Assembly (NCBI RefSeq): GCF_013177435.1 | Contig: NZ_CP053627.1 | Span: forward strand, 1,800,001-1,832,000 | DNA from: Xylella taiwanensis | Lineage (GTDB): Bacteria > Pseudomonadota > Gammaproteobacteria > Xanthomonadales > Xanthomonadaceae | DNA length: 32,000 bases | Direction: 5' to 3' | Shown here: piece after piece, positions 1 through 11,400 of the stretch | How the letters are laid out: every line of letters starts with the position of its first letter | Position numbering within the stretch: position 1 is the stretch's first letter | Program-made: the position numbers and the translations under genes | Notes under the pieces: model-generated | Told to the model about the DNA's origin: nothing | The model's database searches: none | The model's input: only the letters and a program-made list of their open reading frames with translations

Positions 1-192
1 GCGTGTCGAAAGATTAGTGTCCATGGCCAACATTGTCACAGCATCACTATTGTCTTGCCAACACGGTTAAAGGCACTTGCACATACACCAAGACTCAAGT
101 AGGATTCGTGCACTAATTTTAACAACGCGTGGCAGAGTTCCCTCAAGTCCATCAGATGGAATGCGCTCGACAACCAATAAAAAGTTTTCTCA

Positions 193-621
193 ATGATTAC
201 GTTCACTGCCAAGAACGAGACTATCCAGCGGGACTGGTATCTCGTTGATGCCGAAGGCAAGACGCTCGGGCGTCTTGCGACACAATTGGCCCGCCGCCTA
301 CTGGGCAAGAACAAACCTGTCTACACTCCTCATGTTGATACTGGGGATTACTTGGTTGTGATTAATGCCGAGAAAATCGTTGTTACCGGTAAGAAACTCA
401 CCGATAAGCATTACCACCGTTTCACTGGCTATATAGGCAATCTTAAAAGTGAGAGCCTCGGTCAGGCGCTTCAACGCCATCCGGAGCGAGTGATTGAGAT
501 TGCCGTCAAAGGTATGCTTCCGAAGGGACCGCTGGGCCGCGCTATGTACCGCAAGCTTAAAGTCTACGCAGGTTCGGAGCATCCACACGCCGCACAGCAG
601 CCGCAAGTTCTGGACATATAA
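193..621 (+). CDS. rplM: 50S ribosomal protein L13
   Basis: 142-aa ORF. N-terminus [20 protein letters not shown] and length are typical of bacterial L13. rpsI follows 3 nt later, giving the conserved rplM-rpsI pair. Confidence 0.97.
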   Translation: MITFTAKNETIQRDWYLVDAEGKTLGRLATQLARRLLGKNKPVYTPHVDTGDYLVVINAEKIVVTGKKLTDKHYHRFTGYIGNLKSESLGQALQRHPERVIEIAVKGMLPKGPLGRAMYRKLKVYAGSEHPHAAQQPQVLDI

Positions 622-624
622 ATA

Positions 625-1017
625 ATGCCTATCACGCAAAGCTACGGTACTGGTCGCCGTAAATCCTCCTCTGCACGCGTGTTTCTACGCAAAGGGTCCG
701 GGCGCATCAGCGTCAATGGTCGTTCTCTGGATGAGTTCTTCGGGCGGGAAACCGCACGCATGATAGTCCGCCAGCCGCTTGAGTTAACCAAAAATACCGG
801 AAACTTCGATATTTTAATCACTGCCACTGGGGGAGGTACCACTGGCCAAGCAGGTGCGATTCGTCTTGGTATTGCACGTGCATTAGTCGAGTATGATGCG
901 TCTCTAAAACCTGAGTTACGCAAGGCTGGCTTCATGACTCGTGATGCCCGTGAAGTCGAACGCAAGAAAGTCGGTCTCCACAAAGCCCGCCGCGCCACGC
1001 AGTTTTCTAAGCGTTGA
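625..1017 (+). CDS. rpsI: 30S ribosomal protein S9
   Basis: 130-aa ORF with [15 protein letters not shown] near the N-terminus and a C-terminal [11 protein letters not shown], both characteristic of S9. Confidence 0.97.
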   Translation: MPITQSYGTGRRKSSSARVFLRKGSGRISVNGRSLDEFFGRETARMIVRQPLELTKNTGNFDILITATGGGTTGQAGAIRLGIARALVEYDASLKPELRKAGFMTRDAREVERKKVGLHKARRATQFSKR

Positions 1018-1081
1018 TGCCATCGCCACAGTCGATCTGAACGGCTCTCTGTTTTCTGCAACGCTTATTCAGGTGAAGAAT

Positions 1082-1116
1082 AAAAGCGGCACCTCACCTT
1101 ATTTGAGGTGCCTTTT
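1082..1116. terminator. bidirectional rho-independent terminator between convergent rpsI and gltA
   Basis: GGCACCTCA (1088-1096), 7-nt loop, TGAGGTGCC (1104-1112), then TTTT. An AAAA run precedes the stem, so the minus-strand transcript also gets a hairpin plus U-run. Confidence 0.75.
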
Positions 1117-1140
1117 GAGGCGACTTAGTTTTAACCTCTA

Positions 1141-2460
1141 TCATCTGAGAAGCACAGCTGAAGAACTTCTTTGACTGGGATCTTTGTAGTTACGCTCCCC
1201 ATAACCTGTATATATTTGGCGTGGGCGGCTGATTTTCATCTCCGGGTCAACCTGCTGCTCTAGCCAATGCGAAACCCAGCCTGCGGTACGTGCAATGGCA
1301 AACATCACTGTAAACATTTCCAACGGAATGTTGAGAGCTTTGTAGATGATGCCCGAATAAAAATCAACGTTGGGGTACAGCTTGCGTTCCACGAAGTAAT
1401 CGTCTTTCAGCACAGCCTCTTCCAACTTCAATGCTACTTCCAGTAGTGGATCGTGAACACCCAGCTCACTAAGGACCTTGTGAGTCATCTCACGAATGAT
1501 TTTTGCACGCGGATCAAAATGTTTGTAGACACGATGGCCGAAACCCATCAAACGGAACGGAGAGTTCTTGTCCTTGGTTTTTGCTTTGGCAACAATAGAA
1601 TCAACGTTCTTGGCATTTCCAATCTCCTCTAACATCTTTAACACGGCCTCGTTAGCACCACCGTGTGCTGGACCCCAGAGTGCGGCGATACCCGCAGCAA
1701 CCGAGGCATAAGGATTAGCACCAGTCGAACCCACTAAGCGGACCGTTGATGTCGAAGCGTTCTGCTCATGGTCGGCATGCAAAATGAACAGCAACTCCAG
1801 AGCTTTGGCCACGACTGGATTCAGCTGCAGCGGTTCACTCGGCACTTCGAACATCATATGTAAAAAGCGCTCGACATAACCAAGATTGTTTCGTGGATAA
1901 CGGATCGGCCAGCCGATCGAGTAGCGGTGGGCTGCTGCTGCGAGGGTTGGCACTTTGGCGATCAGACGAACTGCAGCTTGGCGACGTTGCTCAAGATCGT
2001 TCAAATCAAGGGTATCGTGGTAGAACGCCGACAGCGAAGCAACCGAAGCAGCCAACATAGCCATTGGATGCGCATCATAATGAAAACCGCCAAGAAAGTT
2101 CTTCAACGACTCGTGCATCATTGTGTGATGCGTGATTTCATGGTCAAACTTGGCAAATTCGTCTTTGCTCGGCAACTCACCGTTCATCAGCAAATAGGCT
2201 ACCTCCAAAAAGTCGGAGTACTCGGCCAACTGCTCAATCGGATAACCACGGTACAACAGCACACCTTTGTCACCATCGATGTAAGTGATGGCCGATTTAC
2301 AGCTTGCCGTTGCTGTAAAACCGGAGTCGTAAGTGAACAGTCCTGTTTCCTTTGTTAACTTCGCAATATCGACGCAACCATTACCTAACGTGGGTTTCAA
2401 CACCGGCAAAACGAGAGAAGTCTCACCAGCATTGAGGGTGACCTTATCAAGATCGGACAC
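1141..2460 (-). CDS. gltA: citrate synthase (type II)
   Basis: 439-aa ORF with citrate synthase blocks ([23 protein letters not shown]). GTG start at 2460 is preceded by AAGGAG about 9 nt upstream. Confidence 0.96.
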   Translation of the reverse strand: MSDLDKVTLNAGETSLVLPVLKPTLGNGCVDIAKLTKETGLFTYDSGFTATASCKSAITYIDGDKGVLLYRGYPIEQLAEYSDFLEVAYLLMNGELPSKDEFAKFDHEITHHTMMHESLKNFLGGFHYDAHPMAMLAASVASLSAFYHDTLDLNDLEQRRQAAVRLIAKVPTLAAAAHRYSIGWPIRYPRNNLGYVERFLHMMFEVPSEPLQLNPVVAKALELLFILHADHEQNASTSTVRLVGSTGANPYASVAAGIAALWGPAHGGANEAVLKMLEEIGNAKNVDSIVAKAKTKDKNSPFRLMGFGHRVYKHFDPRAKIIREMTHKVLSELGVHDPLLEVALKLEEAVLKDDYFVERKLYPNVDFYSGIIYKALNIPLEMFTVMFAIARTAGWVSHWLEQQVDPEMKISRPRQIYTGYGERNYKDPSQRSSSAVLLR

Positions 2461-2686
2461 AGAGTGGGCTCCTTACAATGGAAAGACGCCCACACGGCAA
2501 ACCGTACGGGCGGTTGTTAGATATTCAAGAATAGTTCACTGGAGCTATGAGAAACATCCATCAAGGAGATTGATGCAAACACAGCACCTTAGTAGTTGAG
2601 CGCTTATAGATCTGCGTCTTGGCTTATCCTTAAAACGTTTACGCAACCTGCACAATCGAAAAACGACATGACCAAAACTGGTTAAC

Positions 2687-2929
2687 TCAACGTGCGTAAC
2701 GCTTTTTAAACTTATCGATACGACCACTTGTATCGACAATTTTATGCTTACCTGTATAAAACGGATGCGAGGCCGAAGATATTTCAACCTTGATCAACGG
2801 GTATTCCCGCCCGTCTTCCCACAAAATAGTTTCCTTAGTATTCATGGTGGAACGGGTGAGAAACTTGAAATTGGAAGTCACATCATGAAAGACGACTTCA
2901 CGATAAATTGGATGGATGTCGGGCTTCAT
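2687..2929 (-). CDS. rpmE2: 50S ribosomal protein L31, type B (no CxxC zinc motif)
   Basis: 80-aa [19 protein letters not shown]...[11 protein letters not shown]. It resembles YkgM-type L31 and contains no cysteines. Confidence 0.9.
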   Translation of the reverse strand: MKPDIHPIYREVVFHDVTSNFKFLTRSTMNTKETILWEDGREYPLIKVEISSASHPFYTGKHKIVDTSGRIDKFKKRYAR

Positions 2930-3239
2930 AGCTCACACCGTATAGAGCTGCTGAACAAGCTTGGAAGTGTAGGCATGCAAACATCAGAAATGCAAGTAAG
3001 AGTAGCGCTACTTGCAGCAGCGAGAAGCTTTGCGCTGACGATAACACCTTAATTATTAACTATGTTTTAGGAACAAAGTAAGAGGTTTCAAATCTCAGTA
3101 CTCGCAACTCGCCACTGTGGTACCTCACAGTGCAACACACCATATGGCCAATACGGCTTTAACGCGCTGAGGTTGAACACGATTACGCAGTTTCTGATCT
3201 CGCCCCATGCGCTCAACCTGATGAAGCGTAATACAGACG

Positions 3240-3250
3240 CCCCCCCCCCC
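3240..3250. repeat. homopolymeric tract C11 (G11 on the minus strand)
   Basis: Read directly: ...acagacg CCCCCCCCCCC acaaac... It lies in the gene-poor gap between rpmE2 and tsaB. Confidence 0.95.
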
Positions 3251-3629
3251 ACAAACAGCTACCAACAGAATACCCCCGTGGTTTTGGTAAGCAGCAAACA
3301 TCTGCAATCAATCAGCTCATATAGTTCCAATTCCGTTGCTACAGCACACCCACGGAAAATAGTTAAGCCACTACCACGAGCCAAGTGAAGCATTCTTAAC
3401 TCATCCGCGTGTTTTCCTATGTTTGGTCACAGAGTCTGATATCACGAAAACACAGGCGGAAGAACGATAAAGTTGCAGCTAAAAATCTCAGCTTGAACAG
3501 CAATTTGTTTCATGAAGTAGCAGACTCCGAACACACTGAACGGGAATACTACTGTAATCATCAACAACGAGAGGAGAGGCCACTGCTGTGACAATACGGA
3601 CATCCTTCCCCAAATTGTTTATGTCTCAC

Positions 3630-4331
3630 TCAGCCAGACACCTGCGTAGCACGCTGCTGATTCAGGGTAAGAGCAACGTTGTTACGCAAATAGACTGGCT
3701 CCACTGCTTCTGGAGCAAGACCCTCGCCACGTATCAACGCAGGTATGGCCAAGTCCAAGATATCAACCGCGTGTGGCATAGCAAGCGCATCGGCAGCTGC
3801 CAACCGCGACGCCAGCCGCTGCTTTAGCAAGCCATGGCTAGCACCAAGGCCAGTGCCGACTGCATGCCAATCATGATCGTTCCCCAACAATACGATGCTA
3901 TCCGGTGCGCAAACACTCTCTGGACCACTCGGCACTAATATGCCGTCACATCGCACGAAAATTGCGGAATACACTTCACCCATGCGAGCATCAATGCTCG
4001 CCAGCACACGCGGCGCCTCAGGTGCGGCACGCATGGCAAGCACTTGCAGAGTAGAGACCGGCAATAACGGACGATCCAAAGCCAACGCTATTCCCTGGGC
4101 CAGACTGATTGCCAGACGCACCCCAGTGAAGGCACCGGGACCACATCCAAGTGCAATCGCATCAAGCTGTCGGCGGCTGATGCCCGCCTCAGCTAAGAGT
4201 TGCTCAGCCCATGGCAACACGAGTTCAGAGTGGCGGCGAGGTGCAACCTCAAAGCGCTCCAGAACACACCCATCAACCTGCACGGCCACCGAACATGCCT
4301 CAGTGGACGTTTCGAAGGCAAGCAGCTTCAT
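3630..4331 (-). CDS. tsaB: tRNA threonylcarbamoyladenosine (t6A) biosynthesis protein TsaB (YeaZ family)
   Basis: The ORF track gives 3630..4340. I trimmed it to the ATG at 4331 because MKLLAFETSTEACSVAV matches the usual TsaB N-terminus. It is about 233 aa, and GPGAFTGVRL is a typical motif. Confidence 0.85.
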   Translation of the reverse strand: MKLLAFETSTEACSVAVQVDGCVLERFEVAPRRHSELVLPWAEQLLAEAGISRRQLDAIALGCGPGAFTGVRLAISLAQGIALALDRPLLPVSTLQVLAMRAAPEAPRVLASIDARMGEVYSAIFVRCDGILVPSGPESVCAPDSIVLLGNDHDWHAVGTGLGASHGLLKQRLASRLAAADALAMPHAVDILDLAIPALIRGEGLAPEAVEPVYLRNNVALTLNQQRATQVSG

Positions 4332-4609
4332 GAGAAACACGACACCTTAACTAATCATGTAAGCTTAACATCAACGTCCAAGTATCCCAGGGTCTAAAAG
4401 CAGAACAGCACAAGAAGTCAAAAACTCCAATCAGTGGCTTGTTTTAACTTTAAGTAGTGAACCACCCTCCCCCAAGTCGAACCCAACAATGTCATCATTC
4501 ACTGGAACTGGTGATGTAACGACTGCCGCCGCCGCCCACACACAGCAATGGCAGCTAGCCTTCTCCCACAGTCAACTCTTTAGCTCCCCCACCCGCACAA
4601 CTAGAAAAG

Positions 4610-5545
4610 TTACCCCCCCTTATACAGCACTACAGTCTCAGGCAAATCAAACAACTCCTTCGGCAACTCCTTGAACATGCTCGCGAACCTCTCCAAAAAT
4701 GTAGTCATCGCCGAGCTACGTCGCCACACCATCGCGATTCGCCGGCTCGGCTGTTTGTCCAAGGGGAAATTAATCAGACGCATACTGTCAGAACATACTA
4801 CAGGTGGTTTGACTGAGAGCAATGGCAGCAGCGTGATGCCAACATTAGCAACTACCATCTGTCGCAAAGTCTCCAAGCTGGTAGCCTGGAACTCCGACTT
4901 CTCCGATGCACCAGTCATATTGCACACATCTAACGCCTGCTCACGCAGACAGTGGCCATCTTGCAGCAGCAGCAACCGTTCATCGGCTAACTCATCCAGG
5001 GTCATCAAGCGACGCGTAGCCAGCGGATGCCCCTCCGGGACTGCCAACACGAATGGTTCCTCAAACAAAAACTCGGTGTGCAATTGCTCATCATTTAACG
5101 GCAGTGCTAGCAATGCTGCATCCAACTTACCCTCACGCAACCGTATCAGCAACTCGTCACTTTTCTCCTCGATCAGCAACAGTTCCAATTGTGGAAAACG
5201 ATACCTGATACTCGGCACTACATGTGGCAACAAATACGGACCGAGCGTTGGGAAAATACCCAAACGCACAGCACCGGCCTCCGGATCACGGCTGCGCCGC
5301 GCCGCTTCCTTCATCTCCTCTACCTCAGCAACAATATTACGCGCACGGATCGCCGCTTCATGCCCAGCCGGAGTCATCATGACCTTACGTGGCGCACGCT
5401 CGACTAACGACACGCCGAGCTCGTCCTCCAACTTCTTGATTTGGGTAGATAACGTCGGCTGACTGACAAAACATGCAGTTGCAGCACGGCCAAAGTGCTT
5501 GTAATCGGCCAGAGCAATCAGATATTTCAAGTCACGCAGGTTCAT
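4610..5545 (-). CDS. oxyR: LysR-family hydrogen peroxide sensor/regulator OxyR
   Basis: 311 aa. N-terminal HTH MNLRDLKYLIALADYKHFGRAA..VSQPTLS. The redox cysteine pair sits in QDGHCLREQALDVC, spaced as for E. coli C199/C208. It lies directly downstream of ahpCF. Confidence 0.93.
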   Translation of the reverse strand: MNLRDLKYLIALADYKHFGRAATACFVSQPTLSTQIKKLEDELGVSLVERAPRKVMMTPAGHEAAIRARNIVAEVEEMKEAARRSRDPEAGAVRLGIFPTLGPYLLPHVVPSIRYRFPQLELLLIEEKSDELLIRLREGKLDAALLALPLNDEQLHTEFLFEEPFVLAVPEGHPLATRRLMTLDELADERLLLLQDGHCLREQALDVCNMTGASEKSEFQATSLETLRQMVVANVGITLLPLLSVKPPVVCSDSMRLINFPLDKQPSRRIAMVWRRSSAMTTFLERFASMFKELPKELFDLPETVVLYKGG

Positions 5546-5649
5546 AAAGCCAAACCTCGCGGCAAGGGAGCGAATTTAAGTCCACACTTGGTATTTCAAC
5601 AACACTTAAGACTACGCAAAATAAAGTTAAGCCGCTGTACTGCATTGGC

Positions 5650-7239
5650 TCAAGCTGCCTGAGCAATCCCCGTAGTCCCAACCACATTGGTACGGATCAG
5701 ATAATCGAAAGCACTCAACGCGGCTTTGGATCCCTCGCCCATCGCAATGACAATCTGCTTATACGGCACCGTAGTAGCGTCACCAGCAGCGAATACACCC
5801 GGCATGCTGGTCTGACCACGTTCATCAATCACGATTTCGCCACGGAGAGACAACTCCACCGCACCCTTCAACCACTCGGTATTCGGTAACAAACCGATCT
5901 GCACAAACACGCCTTCCAATGTCAATGTAAAGCTCCCACCAGTGCTGCGATCAACGTAGACCAAGCCAGTGACCTTCTTTCCATCACCAGACACCGCGGT
6001 GGTCTGGGCACCCGTAATAATTTCCACATTCGACATGCTGCGTAACTTACGTTGCAATACTTCGTCGGCACGCAGCTTGGTATCGAACTCAAGCAACGTG
6101 ACATAGGCGGCAATCCCAGCCAAATCGATCGCCGCCTCCACTCCCGAATTACCACCACCAATCACCGCGACTCGCTTACCCTTAAACAACGGTCCATCGC
6201 AATGCGGACAATAAGCCACTCCCTTGTTGCGGTATTCATCCTCACCAGGCACGTTCATCTGCCGCCAGCGTGCACCCGTGCAAAGAATCACGGTGCGGCT
6301 GCTCAGCGAAACACCACTGGCCAATCCAACCTCAATAAGGCCGTTTTCTCCAGCCGGCACCAATGTCTCGGCATGCTGCAAGTTCATGATATCGACCTCA
6401 TACTGGCGCACGTGCTGCTCCAAGGCCACGGCCATTCTCGGGCCATCGGTTTCCGGCACAGATATGAAGTTCTCGATCGTCATGGTATCCAGCACTTGTC
6501 CACCAAAGCGCTCAGCAACCAAACCAGTCCGGATTCCCTTACGCGCAGCATACACCGCCGCTGCCGCACCAGCCGGGCCGCCACCAACCACCAGTACGTC
6601 GAAGGCAGCCTTAGCTTGGATAGTCTCGGCTTCGCGCTTGGCCGCACCAATATCAAGCTTGGCGACAATCTGTTCCAATGTCATACGCCCCTGATCAAAC
6701 AGCTCACCATTCAAGTACACCGTTGGCACCGACATAATCTGGCGTGCCTCGACCTCGTCCTGGAACAGTGCGCCGTCAATAGCTACATGCTCGATCCGCG
6801 GGTTCAATACCGCAGCCATATTCAGTGCCTGCACCACATCCGGACAACTCTGACAAGACACTGAAAAATAGGTCTCAAAGCAATAATGACCATCCAGGCT
6901 GCGCACCCGCTCGATTAGATCGTCCGTGACTTTAGGAGGATGCCCACCAACCTGCAGCAATCCAAGCACCAATGAAGCAAACTCGTGCCCCATCGGTAAA
7001 CCAGCAAAGCGCATCGAAATGTCCTCACCTGGCGTACCCAACGCAAAGGAGGGCTTACGTTGATCATCGTCACGCTGCACCTCCAAAACGACCTTGTCCG
7101 AGAGCAGTACAATATTTTCGAGTAGCTCGAGCATCTCACGTGACTTCTGGCTCTCGTCAACAGAGGCATGAATATGGATGGGACGAATCACCCGATCCAA
7201 ATAGGCTTTAAGCTGGGTCTTTAAACTTTCATCAAACAT
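5650..7239 (-). CDS. ahpF: alkyl hydroperoxide reductase subunit F
   Basis: The ORF track gives 5650..7362. I trimmed it to the ATG at 7239 ([16 protein letters not shown]), which has AGGAGA about 6 nt upstream. It contains CQSCP and CPHCDG redox motifs and FAD/NAD GxGxxG folds. About 529 aa. Confidence 0.95.
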   Translation of the reverse strand: MFDESLKTQLKAYLDRVIRPIHIHASVDESQKSREMLELLENIVLLSDKVVLEVQRDDDQRKPSFALGTPGEDISMRFAGLPMGHEFASLVLGLLQVGGHPPKVTDDLIERVRSLDGHYCFETYFSVSCQSCPDVVQALNMAAVLNPRIEHVAIDGALFQDEVEARQIMSVPTVYLNGELFDQGRMTLEQIVAKLDIGAAKREAETIQAKAAFDVLVVGGGPAGAAAAVYAARKGIRTGLVAERFGGQVLDTMTIENFISVPETDGPRMAVALEQHVRQYEVDIMNLQHAETLVPAGENGLIEVGLASGVSLSSRTVILCTGARWRQMNVPGEDEYRNKGVAYCPHCDGPLFKGKRVAVIGGGNSGVEAAIDLAGIAAYVTLLEFDTKLRADEVLQRKLRSMSNVEIITGAQTTAVSGDGKKVTGLVYVDRSTGGSFTLTLEGVFVQIGLLPNTEWLKGAVELSLRGEIVIDERGQTSMPGVFAAGDATTVPYKQIVIAMGEGSKAALSAFDYLIRTNVVGTTGIAQAA

Positions 7240-7426
7240 AACTATCTCCTGGTGAGGAGGATTAAAAGCGAACAGCATCGCTGCGCTGCACATCGCCGAG
7301 CGGCGTAAAAAAAGGAATGCAATAGCCAATACGTACCTGGACGTAAGACTGTGACGAAACAAGCAAGCAGGAGTAACTTTTTTAATTCACCCCCGGCCTG
7401 ATTATGGGCCGAGGATGCCTATCGGT

Positions 7427-7987
7427 TCAGATCTTACCGACCAGATCTAGCGACGGCGCTAGGGTTTTTTCGCCTTCTTGCCACTTGGCTGGGCAGACTT
7501 CACCCGGATGGTTGGCGACATAGATCGCGGCTTTGACCTTGCGCAAAAGTTCCTTTGCATCACGGCCGATACCCTCAGCGGTAATCTCCACTGACTGAAT
7601 CACGCCCTGCGGATCAATGATAAAGGTACCACGGTCAGCCAAACCACTTGGACGCAACACATTAAAATTCCGGCTGATTTCATGCGTCGGATCGCCAATC
7701 ATCGGATACTTGATCTTACCAATCGCCGGCGAAATATCGTGCCAAGCCTTATGCGAGAAATGGGTATCTGTCGAAACCGAATAGATCTCAACACCCTGCT
7801 TCTGGAATTCCTCGTAATGATCAGCCAAATCTTCCAGTTCAGTCGGACAGACAAAAGTAAAGTCCGCAGGATAAAACACAAGCACAGACCACTTGCCCTT
7901 GAGGATAGCATCTGAGACTTCAATGAACTGGCCATTTTTGTAAGCAGTCGACTTGAATGAAAGTATTTCAGTGTTAAGAACAGACAT
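7427..7987 (-). CDS. ahpC: alkyl hydroperoxide reductase subunit C (2-Cys peroxiredoxin)
   Basis: 186 aa. Peroxidatic Cys in DFTFVCPTE and resolving Cys in [19 protein letters not shown] is upstream. Confidence 0.97.
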   Translation of the reverse strand: MSVLNTEILSFKSTAYKNGQFIEVSDAILKGKWSVLVFYPADFTFVCPTELEDLADHYEEFQKQGVEIYSVSTDTHFSHKAWHDISPAIGKIKYPMIGDPTHEISRNFNVLRPSGLADRGTFIIDPQGVIQSVEITAEGIGRDAKELLRKVKAAIYVANHPGEVCPAKWQEGEKTLAPSLDLVGKI

Positions 7988-8110
7988 TTAATGTTTCCTC
8001 TTGCTAAGCGGAAGCCATAGAACTCAGAAGGACGTGTAGCTTAAGCATCCTTTAATGATTCATCAAATCAATTAATTAAATTAAATTGATAGATTTAAAA
8101 AAATAAATTT
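7988..8110 (-). promoter_or_regulatory. ahpC promoter region, candidate OxyR-controlled
   Basis: Very AT-rich stretch upstream of ahpC. It has a possible TTGATG-N17-TAAGCT sigma70-like pair on the minus strand. I could not align a clean ATAG-N7-CTAT OxyR box, so the call is by position only. Confidence 0.3.
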
Positions 8111-8220
8111 AACCGTCTACACCACCTTAATGCCTTGTGTTACCCACTCCCCGGGTACACACAAGCATCGATCCATACCTAGGCAAATAACCTGATCGCA
8201 CAGCGAATCACCGAGTAACA

Positions 8221-8256
8221 AGCCGAGATTCCTCCTTAATGAAATCTCGGCTTTTG
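8221..8256. terminator. hairpin terminator candidate between the giant adhesin gene and the ahpC upstream region
   Basis: AGCCGAGATT (8221-8230), 12-nt loop, AATCTCGGCT (8243-8252), then TTTTG on the plus strand. On the minus strand the trailing run is only CTTGTT, so which strand uses it is uncertain. Confidence 0.5.
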
Positions 8257-8449
8257 TTGCCCTTACTTAGCAATGACCTCGTGCACATCTAAAAACCCAG
8301 TTGCCAAGATGCAAACATTGCGCAACCTAAACAATCGCATTGATGCGGCCATATCACCAAACCACAGTGCTATACAATTGATTAAAACTCCCGTATGCAC
8401 GGCCACAGGTAGTAGAGGGAACCGCTCCCCACACCCCAAGGAGCTACAC

Positions 8450-11400
8450 TCACCACTGATAACCCACCCCCGCACCTACGCCCGCTTGACTACGGGTATT
8501 CGTGGTACCACTGAACTTGAACACCCAATGCCCGCTATCAGAAACCGCTGAAACACCCACCGCAATGGCCGACTGTCCCTGGTAACTACTAACGCCCAGA
8601 GAAGCCATGCCTCGTCCCGGAACATAAGCCTGCGGGAGGTTTGCCGTCGCAATCGCTGCCGCCACGCCCCCATTACCATCCCTACGAAGATTCCCCACCA
8701 TTCCATCAGTGTACTGTTTGGCGGTGATGACCCCCTGATTGAGTTGGCCCAGATTGACTGCATCAGTTTCAGTAGTTGCCGGAGCCACATTTGTCACCTG
8801 CCTCTGAGAACCCGCCGATCCCATCGAAACAGTGTTTGGACGGTCAGCCACTGAATTGGCACCAATTGCAACCGCATTGTTAGCAGACACGTTGGCATTG
8901 TTACCCATCGCAACACCATCGACACCCGAAGCTGTGGCATCGGTGCCAATTGCCATTGCATTGAGCGCAATCCCTTTAGAACTTGAACTTTTGCTGTTGT
9001 TGATCTTAAAGACATTCTGAATATCACTGAGACCTTGCATCTTGTCATCCGTGTAATGATTGACCTGCTGGGCCACGTAATCCAGCTGACGCAAGTTCAC
9101 CGCATCCGTCGCTTCCTTAGCATCAGCGACATTGCTGATCGTGCGAGTTTCCCCCTTGGTAGCATCACCCAGCGAAACGGTTCCCACCGTCTTGTTCTCT
9201 ACACCTGAATATTTCCCGATGTAATTCTCCGCGCCACGCCCGCCATCCTTCGCACCAGTACCCAACACCACGCTGCCATCAGCACTGGCACTCGCATTAC
9301 GACCCATCGCCACGGAGCCTTTTCCACTGCCCATAGCACCAGCCCCCACTACTACCGCGCCTTCACCCGATGCCTGCGTACCCACACCAGCCGCTACAGA
9401 CCCAATGCCCGTCGCACCATCGCCATCGTAGTTGCCTCCCGGAGTACCTCCATCATTCGTACTGTAATAGTGGGCTGGCTTGACACTCACATTCGCTACT
9501 GCATGCTTCAGTTGGGCAAAGTTGACCGCATCCGTGTCTGCCATAGCCGCTGCAACATTAATGATCTTTTGATTACCGGCATTAATGCCCGTATTGGTAA
9601 CCGATGGACCACCCATAATCACTAATCCCGTCAAACCCAGCGCCACGTCACTCCCGACCTTCACGCCATCGTTGTTCATCACGGTGTTACCCGCCGTCAC
9701 CCCATCCACCTTGAAGTCCTTAGACAGGTTGAACACCACATCGTTGCTGTCACTGGACTTGCTGATCGTCAGGTTCCCATCGGTGTTCTTCAGATCCACC
9801 GTCGCGCCCGCCGCCACCTTGCTTGCGTTGGCACCGGACACCGTCAGGTTCCAACCTTTGCCGACGCTCTCGCTGATCGACTTCAACTGACTAAAGTTGA
9901 CCGCATCCGTCTCTTCTGTCCCTGCCGCAACATGGGTGATCTTTTGGCTACCAGCATCGATACCGGTAAGTGTGATTGACGGCCCACCAACAATCTCTAA
10001 CCCAACGGCATTAAGAACAACAGCATCACCAATCTTCACACCATCGCCATTAACGATAGTCCTGGTAACCGTACTCTCACCATCCGCTAAGGTCTTTATC
10101 GATGAACTCGATGAACGGCCAGTAATCACTAACCCCGTCGAATCCAACGACAAACCAGTGCCCACCTTCACACCATCATCGTTCACCACTGTGCTACCCA
10201 CCGTCACACTGTTCTCTTTAAGATCCTTGGACAGGTTGAACACCACATCATTGCTGTCACTGGTTTTGCTGATCGTCAGGTTCCCATCGGTGTTCTTCAG
10301 GTCCACCGTCGCACCAGACACCACCTTGCTCGTATTAGCACCGGCAGCCGTCAGATTCCAACCTTTGTCGACACTCTCACTGATCGACTTCAACTGACCC
10401 ATATTCGGCACATCCGTCTCTGCCGTACCGGGCGCCACACCACTGATCTTGCCGCCATCGTTGATCTGCACCTTGCCAAATTGCGGGGACTCCGCCAGCT
10501 GAAGGTGTAACGTCCCTGTCGCCGCATCCACCACGCTCTTCAGGTTCGCCCCCGAATAGCTCCCAGCGGTACTGCTCTCCCCACTGATCGCCAAAGTCTG
10601 ACCCAGGGTCCGCGCCACCGAACCTTCGTTCCCAGTGAACGTCATCGGCTGATTGGCTTGCGCTTGAACAGCACTCAGCTGCGATCCGTTGACCGCCTCC
10701 GTCGAGGTCGCAGATACCTCGCCCGCGGCCACATGGCTAATCACCTTGCCGCCAGCATCAATCCCGCTGCCCGTCACTGAAGGACCATTGGCAATCGTCA
10801 GCCCCGTCTTACCTAGCGCCACATCGCTGCCTACCTGCACTCCATCGTTGTTCACTACCGTGGTCCCCGCCGTCACTCCATCCACTTTGAAGTCTTTGGA
10901 CAGGTTGAACACCACATCATTGCTGTCACTGGTTTTGCTGATCGTCAGGTTCCCATCGGTGTTCTTCAGGTCCACCGTCGCACCAGACACCACCTTGCTC
11001 GTATTAGCACCGGCAGCCGTCAGATTCCAACCTTTGTCGACACTCTCACTGATCGACTTCAACTGACCCATATTCGGCACATCCGTCTCTGCCGTACCGG
11101 GCGCCACACCACTGATCTTGCCACCATCGTTGATCTGCACCTTGCCAAATTGCGGGGACTCCGCCAGCTGAAGGTGTAACGTCCCTGTCGCCGCATCCAC
11201 CACGCTCTTCAGGTTCGCCCCCGAATAGCTCCCAGCGGTACTGCTCTCCCCACTGATCGCCAAAGTCTGACCCAGGGTCCGCGCCACCGAACCTTCGTTC
11301 CCGGCGAACGTCATCGGCTGATTGGCTTGCGCTTGAACAGCACTCAGCTGCGATCCGTTGACCGCCTCCGTCGAGGTCGCAGATACCTCGCCCGCGGCCA

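Noticed and set aside
36-1061. Minus-strand ORFs 36..314, 298..639 and 642..1061, overlapping rplM and rpsI.
   Set aside because: They lie antisense to two unmistakable ribosomal protein genes, are R-rich with odd composition, and have no RBS.
3040-3069. Possible Zur box upstream of the zinc-independent L31 paralogue rpmE2: palindromic core TTAATTATTAA at 3049-3059, flanked by AACA and TGTT.
   Set aside because: Only the 11-nt AT core is palindromic. The flanking half-sites are offset by one nt and do not extend the symmetry. I cannot match a known Zur consensus by eye, and such a core is easy to find in AT-rich DNA.
4341-4609. 269-bp gap between oxyR and tsaB, checked for a small RNA or terminator.
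   Set aside because: I found no convincing stem-loop plus U-run, no conserved ncRNA motif that I recognise, and only a low-complexity plus-strand ORF (4489..4674).
7240-7362. 41-codon N-terminal extension of the ahpF ORF ([21 protein letters not shown]...).
   Set aside because: The AhpF homology begins at [11 protein letters not shown], which has its own AGGAGA RBS. The extension is just open frame in the ahpC-ahpF spacer.
8137-8162. Hairpin GTGTTACCC / GGGTA(C)ACAC between the adhesin stop and the ahpC upstream region.
   Set aside because: It has a bulged stem and no U-run on either strand. A better terminator-like hairpin lies at 8221-8256, and I have no evidence of function.
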